Shown: in pieces, positions 33,512-37,207 of the stretch
How positions within the stretch are numbered: the stretch's first letter is position 1
Layout: each line of letters begins with the position of its first letter
Virus record (IMG/VR): IMGVR_UViG_3300045988_016855
Strand: one strand, 5' to 3'
DNA length: 37,207 bases
Source: a virus
Program-made: the position numbers and the translations under genes
The notes under the pieces: model-generated
Databases searched by the model: none
What the model was told of the DNA's origin: nothing
What the model saw: only the letters and a program-made list of their open reading frames with translations

Positions 33512-33901
33512 ATGACTGTAAGAGAGCTTTGCGCCATTGAGGGTGTAAGTTTATGCTATTTTGACGGGAGCGAATGGCACAGCCCAGGCTTCTTCAATCC
33601 AGCATTAAAGGTTCTCGCTCTAGATATTAATTTATCTGAAAAAGACCAAAAACAAGTGGCACTACACGAGTTAGGCCACAAGGACCACACACAGACTCAA
33701 TACGAATTAAATAGAGAATTGTGTGAATTACAAGCTGACCGCAACATGATCCATCATCTGCTGGAAGAAGAATTGAAAACTATGGATGATGTGTCAGAAT
33801 TTAATTACATCCATTTTATGGAACGCTATAATTTAAAAACCATCGCTAACGAAACGATGGTTAAAGATGAGTATAAAACTTTCATTAAAAGGAGAAAATA
33901 A
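33512..33901 (+). CDS. ImmA/IrrE-like zinc metalloprotease (anti-repressor protease)
   Basis: ORF track. HEXXH motif HELGH. Immediately downstream of the XRE repressor. Confidence 0.7.
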   Translation: MTVRELCAIEGVSLCYFDGSEWHSPGFFNPALKVLALDINLSEKDQKQVALHELGHKDHTQTQYELNRELCELQADRNMIHHLLEEELKTMDDVSEFNYIHFMERYNLKTIANETMVKDEYKTFIKRRK

Positions 33902-34275
33902 TGGCTATTGCAAAAGTTATCCGTATTCTAGATCAATATACAGTTATGATAGATAAAGGGTATGACTCTAAATCAATTCATGTTGATACAAAAATAAGTA
34001 TTTATGAACCAGGCCCTGAGATTACAGATATAGACGGTAACTCTCTTGGCAGATATGATTTTCTAAAAGGAGATCTAATTATCACTGAAGTCTATCCTAA
34101 ATTTTCAATTGCACAAAGTTTCAAGGAGAATACTACGTTCTCTGTATCTAGTTTTTTGAATGGTGGGAAACAGATAGTTAAGAGCGCTCTTGATGTAAAT
34201 GAAAAAGACATTAATCCACTAAAAGCAAAAAATCCAAAGATTCAAGTTGGTGATTTAGTTAAATTGAAATTATAA
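33901..34275 (+). CDS. Unknown small beta-rich protein (124 aa), translationally coupled to the ImmA-like gene
   Basis: ORF track. TAATG stop/start overlap. No TM segment and no motif that I recognise. Confidence 0.65.
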   Translation: MAIAKVIRILDQYTVMIDKGYDSKSIHVDTKISIYEPGPEITDIDGNSLGRYDFLKGDLIITEVYPKFSIAQSFKENTTFSVSSFLNGGKQIVKSALDVNEKDINPLKAKNPKIQVGDLVKLKL

Positions 34276-34279
34276 TGAC

Positions 34280-34308
34280 TTGACGCTATCATAGAATAAT
34301 GATAAGAT
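34280..34308 (+). promoter_or_regulatory. Promoter TTGACG-17 nt-TAAGAT with TGn extension, upstream of the Abi_2 gene
   Basis: Read directly as TTGACGctatcatagaataatgaTAAGAT, located in the 46-bp gap. Confidence 0.5.
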
Positions 34309-34321
34309 AGAAGGGAATTAA

Positions 34322-35380
34322 ATGGCTACGGATGTGGCTAGGAATACCTTCTATCTCCCAGATAGGAGGTTTTCTTTTTTGTCTACTAATAAACCTTTTC
34401 TAACATACAATCAACAAATTGCATTAATGAGAAATAAGAGAATCGTTATCGAAAATGAGATTTTTACAAAAGAAGTCCTTCAAAGTATTTCTTATTATGG
34501 AATTGTGAATGGCTATAAAGATATATTCGGGACTTTTTTTAATAATGAATTAAACATCGAACAATTTAATGAGCCTGTTTCGTTTACTTCATTACATCGA
34601 ATTTTTCTGATAGACCAAGCGCTTAACAATTTATTGTTCAAATATATAATCTATATTGAAAAATCCTTAAAAACTAAACTATCCTACAAAATTGCTCAAA
34701 AAATTGGAGTTTCTATGTTGGAATATTTGGATTTTGAAAAGTACAAATCTAATGGCGAGCTTGATCGAAAAGCAGAAATTAGTAATATAAAAAATCAAAT
34801 TGATAACAATAAGAACAGTGCTTCGATTCAGCATTACAGGATAAAACATGGCGATATTCCGCCTTGGGTCGCTACTGGTGGTATTTATTTTGGGACTACA
34901 ATTAATTGGTACAAAATTTGTAGAGAAGATATAAAAATTGATATAGCAAAACAATTCTTCGAATATTTCGAACTAGATGGAGAAAGTGCCAAGGAGCTAC
35001 TTCTTTCTATACTATCTTTATTACAAGAATATAGAAATAATATAGCACACGGTAATAGAACTTTTTTATCGAATGTGACAAATGAATTGACCAAAGTCCT
35101 TCTTCTTTCGGTGCTTTCAAAAGAAGTTCTAACTGAAAAAGAATATCTTAGTGGAATCGGGAAAAAAGATTTGTTTGCTGTAATGCTTTCTATTGCTGTG
35201 TTAATTAATGACCCTATTGTATTCAGACAGTATTTATATGATTTTGGTGCTTTATTTACAAATGATGAATTCAATCCTAGAGTCAACTATTCTCCAAGGG
35301 GAGATATATATGCAACGCTAAATATACCAGAAGACTTTTTAAAACGGATAGCTGAAATATATAAAATAAAATTTGAATAA
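34322..35380 (+). CDS. Abi_2 family (AbiD/AbiD1/AbiF-like) abortive-infection protein with a HEPN R-x4-H motif
   Basis: ORF track. 352 aa, the same size class as AbiD1/AbiF. Motifs ISYYGIVNGYKDIF, GDIPPWV and YRNNIAHGNR (R238-x4-H243, about 35033-35050). Confidence 0.7.
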   Translation: MATDVARNTFYLPDRRFSFLSTNKPFLTYNQQIALMRNKRIVIENEIFTKEVLQSISYYGIVNGYKDIFGTFFNNELNIEQFNEPVSFTSLHRIFLIDQALNNLLFKYIIYIEKSLKTKLSYKIAQKIGVSMLEYLDFEKYKSNGELDRKAEISNIKNQIDNNKNSASIQHYRIKHGDIPPWVATGGIYFGTTINWYKICREDIKIDIAKQFFEYFELDGESAKELLLSILSLLQEYRNNIAHGNRTFLSNVTNELTKVLLLSVLSKEVLTEKEYLSGIGKKDLFAVMLSIAVLINDPIVFRQYLYDFGALFTNDEFNPRVNYSPRGDIYATLNIPEDFLKRIAEIYKIKFE

Positions 35381-35495
35381 AAAATCCCCACACTCTCCTT
35401 CGCCAAAAATTGAGTGTGAGGAACACAATATAAGAAAAGCCATTAAAAAGGTCTTTTTCTTATACCCATTTTACCAAGAATTGAGGTGAATTACA

Positions 35496-36578
35496 ATGGA
35501 AATTAAATCTTACAAAAAGAAAAATGGCGACACAGCCTACAAATTCAGGGTCTATGTCGGTAAGGAAAATGGAAAAGACAAGTATGTAAAGCGTCAAGGC
35601 TTCCCAACAAAAGCCAAGGCGAGAGCAGCACTTCTCCAACTTCAAGATGACCTCGAAAATAGCGAGGAGAAAAAGAAAGAAATCACTGTCAAGGAAGTCG
35701 CCGAAAAATGGCTCAAGGAATACGCTGACACAGTACAAGATAGTACCTATATCAAGACCGAACGGAATATAAAAAATCATATCTATCCGACATTGGGAGA
35801 TCAAAAAATTTCTACTCTCACTCCTCTTCAACTCCAGGAGCAAGTCAATGCATGGTCCAAGAAATTGGTCTATGGCCGTAAGATGAAAGGATTGGTGAAT
35901 AACATATGTAAGTACGCTATCAGACATGGTTATATCTTAACAAATCCGGTTGAGAGTGTGACGACACTTGTCAGAAAGCAAGTAGATACAGATAGCGATT
36001 TTTACGACAAAAATGAGCTAAAATCTTTCCTCAAGTTAGTAGATCAAACCGATGAACTGAGGAAGAAAGTCCTCTTTCGCCTTCTAGCCTTCACAGGAGC
36101 CCGAAAAGGGGAGGTTTTAGCCCTCAAATGGGAAGACTGGACCAATAACACTCTGAGCATAAACAAAGCCATTACGAGAGGGTTTGACGGGGAATCCGTC
36201 GGCGCTACAAAAAATAAAAGTAGTAACCGATTGATTAGCTTGGACAAAAAGACAAGTGATCTTCTCACGGAGTGGAGAGAAATGAATCCTACTACTACTT
36301 TTATTTTTGAAAATGAATACGGAAAACCAATACCAGGGACACTCCCACGGAAATGGCTACAACAAATTGTCAAAGATTCGGATATGCGTCCAATTAGGAT
36401 CCACGGGTTCCGACACACACATGCCAGCCTATGCTTCGAAGCTGGAATGACACTCAAGCAGGTCCAGTATAGACTTGGACACTCAGATTTAAAAACAACC
36501 ATGAACATCTATACGCACATCACCAGAGAGGCTAAGGATGACATTGGTGAGAAATTCGCAAGCTATATTGACTTTTAA
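35496..36578 (+). CDS. int: Tyrosine integrase
   Basis: ORF track. 360 aa with an N-terminal arm-binding-like domain. Catalytic motifs TGARKGE, HGFRHTH and NIYTH. Confidence 0.9.
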   Translation: MEIKSYKKKNGDTAYKFRVYVGKENGKDKYVKRQGFPTKAKARAALLQLQDDLENSEEKKKEITVKEVAEKWLKEYADTVQDSTYIKTERNIKNHIYPTLGDQKISTLTPLQLQEQVNAWSKKLVYGRKMKGLVNNICKYAIRHGYILTNPVESVTTLVRKQVDTDSDFYDKNELKSFLKLVDQTDELRKKVLFRLLAFTGARKGEVLALKWEDWTNNTLSINKAITRGFDGESVGATKNKSSNRLISLDKKTSDLLTEWREMNPTTTFIFENEYGKPIPGTLPRKWLQQIVKDSDMRPIRIHGFRHTHASLCFEAGMTLKQVQYRLGHSDLKTTMNIYTHITREAKDDIGEKFASYIDF

Positions 36579-36590
36579 TTAAATAACATA

Positions 36591-36625
36591 AAACAGACCC
36601 TTTGGATAAAAAAGGGTCTGTTTTT
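36591..36625 (+). terminator. Terminator after int
   Basis: AAACAGACCCTT-N8-AAGGGTCTGTTT followed by a T-run. Confidence 0.7.
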
Positions 36626-36632
36626 GGGTCTG
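36614..36632. repeat. GGGTCTGTTTTTGGGTCTG, copy 1 (candidate integrase arm-type sites)
   Basis: An exact 19-bp copy recurs at 36786-36804. An inverted GGGTCTG lies at 36594-36600. Confidence 0.6.
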
Positions 36633-36674
36633 CCAGTTTCAAAAAGGTTCAAAAAGGAATAGAAAGTATAAAAC

Positions 36675-36700
36675 AAAAAACGTTGTTTTTACAACGTTTT
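36675..36700. terminator. Bidirectional hairpin AAAACGTTGT-TTT-ACAACGTTTT
   Basis: Perfect inverted repeat flanked by A and T runs. On the minus strand it lies just downstream of the tRNA/tmRNA-3'-end-like core. Confidence 0.55.
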
Positions 36701-36732
36701 AGAAAGTTTTAGAAAACTTTAGAAAGTATATA

Positions 36733-36749
36733 TGGAGCCGGTGGGAGTC
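36733..36749 (-). other. Candidate attP core: the minus strand GACTCCCACCGGCTCCA resembles the T-arm/acceptor 3' end of a tRNA or tmRNA gene
   Basis: It parses as T-loop end (GACT), T-stem CCCAC, acceptor CGGCTCC and discriminator A. It is flanked by the GGGTCTG repeat pairs, by TAGAAAGT repeats (36662, 36702, 36720) and by TTCAAAAAGG x2 (36638-36657). Confidence 0.45.
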
Positions 36750-36785
36750 TGACAAAAGTTTATTTATCAACTTATATCATGTTTT

Positions 36786-36804
36786 GGGTCTGTTTTTGGG
36801 TCTG
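36786..36804. repeat. GGGTCTGTTTTTGGGTCTG, copy 2 (candidate integrase arm-type sites)
   Basis: Exact match to 36614-36632. Confidence 0.6.
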
Positions 36805-36844
36805 ATTGTCAAATTTTAATGAATAAATGGAACTTTCTAATTTC

Positions 36845-36890
36845 TTTCTATTATAATAGACAATTTTTCGAATGTCTATTATAACAGACA
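36845..36890 (-). promoter_or_regulatory. Two near-perfect 18-bp palindromes (TtTCTATTATAATAGACA at 36845-62, TGTCTATTATAAcAGACA at 36873-90) that together form a minus-strand promoter TAGACA-17 nt-TATAAT
   Basis: The minus strand reads TAGACAttcgaaaaattgtctatTATAAT. The -35 (36873-78) lies in palindrome 2 and the -10 (36850-55) in palindrome 1. It points toward the candidate attP core. Confidence 0.5.
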
Positions 36891-36902
36891 AAATTGGAAA
36901 AT

Positions 36903-37085
36903 TTATTTTATTTTTAATTCTTCCGCAAAATCATATAATTTTTCAGCTGTAAGTAGGGCCATTTTATCCATACTAGTTTTTCCTTTTCTAAGGTCAGATA
37001 CTGTAGACCAAGGGACGCCTGCGCCTTTGGCAATTGCGCTTGTGCTTATCTCGCTGTTTAATAAGTTTTCTATTTGTTCTCTCAT
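36903..37085 (-). CDS. Small HTH DNA-binding protein (60 aa)
   Basis: ORF track. ISTSAIAKGAGVPWSTVSDLRKG is HTH-like. AAGAGGG RBS. Confidence 0.6.
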   Translation of the reverse strand: MREQIENLLNSEISTSAIAKGAGVPWSTVSDLRKGKTSMDKMALLTAEKLYDFAEELKIK

Positions 37086-37182
37086 TTAATAACCCTCTTA
37101 TTTCCGTCTATCTTTTAAAATCAGCAGAAATATAAAAAATACGATTGTGAAGATTGGTAAATATTTCATTTTATTGACCGAT

Positions 37183-37207
37183 ATGATATAATCATGGTAG
37201 GTGTAAG
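37183..37207. repeat. Terminal direct repeat copy 2, identical to 1..25
   Basis: Exact identity, read directly. Confidence 0.9.

Noticed and set aside
34679-35286. Minus-strand ORFs of 91 and 133 aa within the Abi_2 gene
   Set aside because: They are antisense shadow ORFs in a very AT-rich gene. No start context.
35460-36508. Minus-strand ORFs of 155 and 154 aa overlapping int
   Set aside because: They are antisense to the integrase gene, which has clear catalytic motifs. They have no RBS and implausible composition.
37164-37192. TTGACC at 37175-37180 as the -35 box for the TATAAT at 37187-37192
   Set aside because: The spacer would be only 6 nt, counting 37181-37186 between the two boxes. 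The promoter call therefore relies on the extended -10 (TGn) alone and is kept at low confidence.

Overview
This window looks like a complete 37.2-kb genome of a temperate, cos-type, HK97-like siphovirus from a low-GC Gram-positive host. The host call (Streptococcus-like) rests on my recognition of a PlySs2-like CHAP+SH3b lysin, gp58-like antireceptor motifs, and DUF1366/DUF1642/YopX-type ORFs; none of this was database-checked.

The first and last 25 nt are identical, and an attP-like architecture sits inside the window at about 36591-36804. I therefore read the window as a circular or terminally redundant phage sequence rather than a prophage cut at attL/attR.

Layout. Almost everything is on the minus strand:
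- cro-like gene and early/replication genes, 32850 down to 23137
- a stand-alone tRNA-like gene plus a short catalytic-only tyrosine recombinase, 23042-22369
- HNH, cos region, TerS, TerL, portal, ClpP-like protease and major capsid, 22080-16288
- connectors, major tail protein, a promoter/terminator-bounded moron, frameshifted tail chaperones, tape measure, Dit and a Tal/antireceptor fusion, 16271-4402
- holins and lysin, 3457-2078
- unusually, three tail-fibre/RBP-like genes downstream of the lysin, 2062-326

The plus strand carries the lysogeny operon: XRE repressor, ImmA-like protease, a 124-aa ORF, an Abi_2/HEPN gene and the integrase (33148-36578).

Most noteworthy accessory loci:
1. The 124-aa ORF plus AbiD/AbiF-like HEPN gene beside int.
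2. A type-I-toxin-like 43-aa peptide gene with a consensus promoter and a convergent antisense RNA, spanning the window junction.
3. A membrane-anchored moron inside the tail operon.
4. A tRNA-Lys(UUU)-like gene with a mismatched anticodon stem.
5. An operator-controlled outward promoter next to the putative attP.

No CRISPR array, rRNA or IS element was seen.
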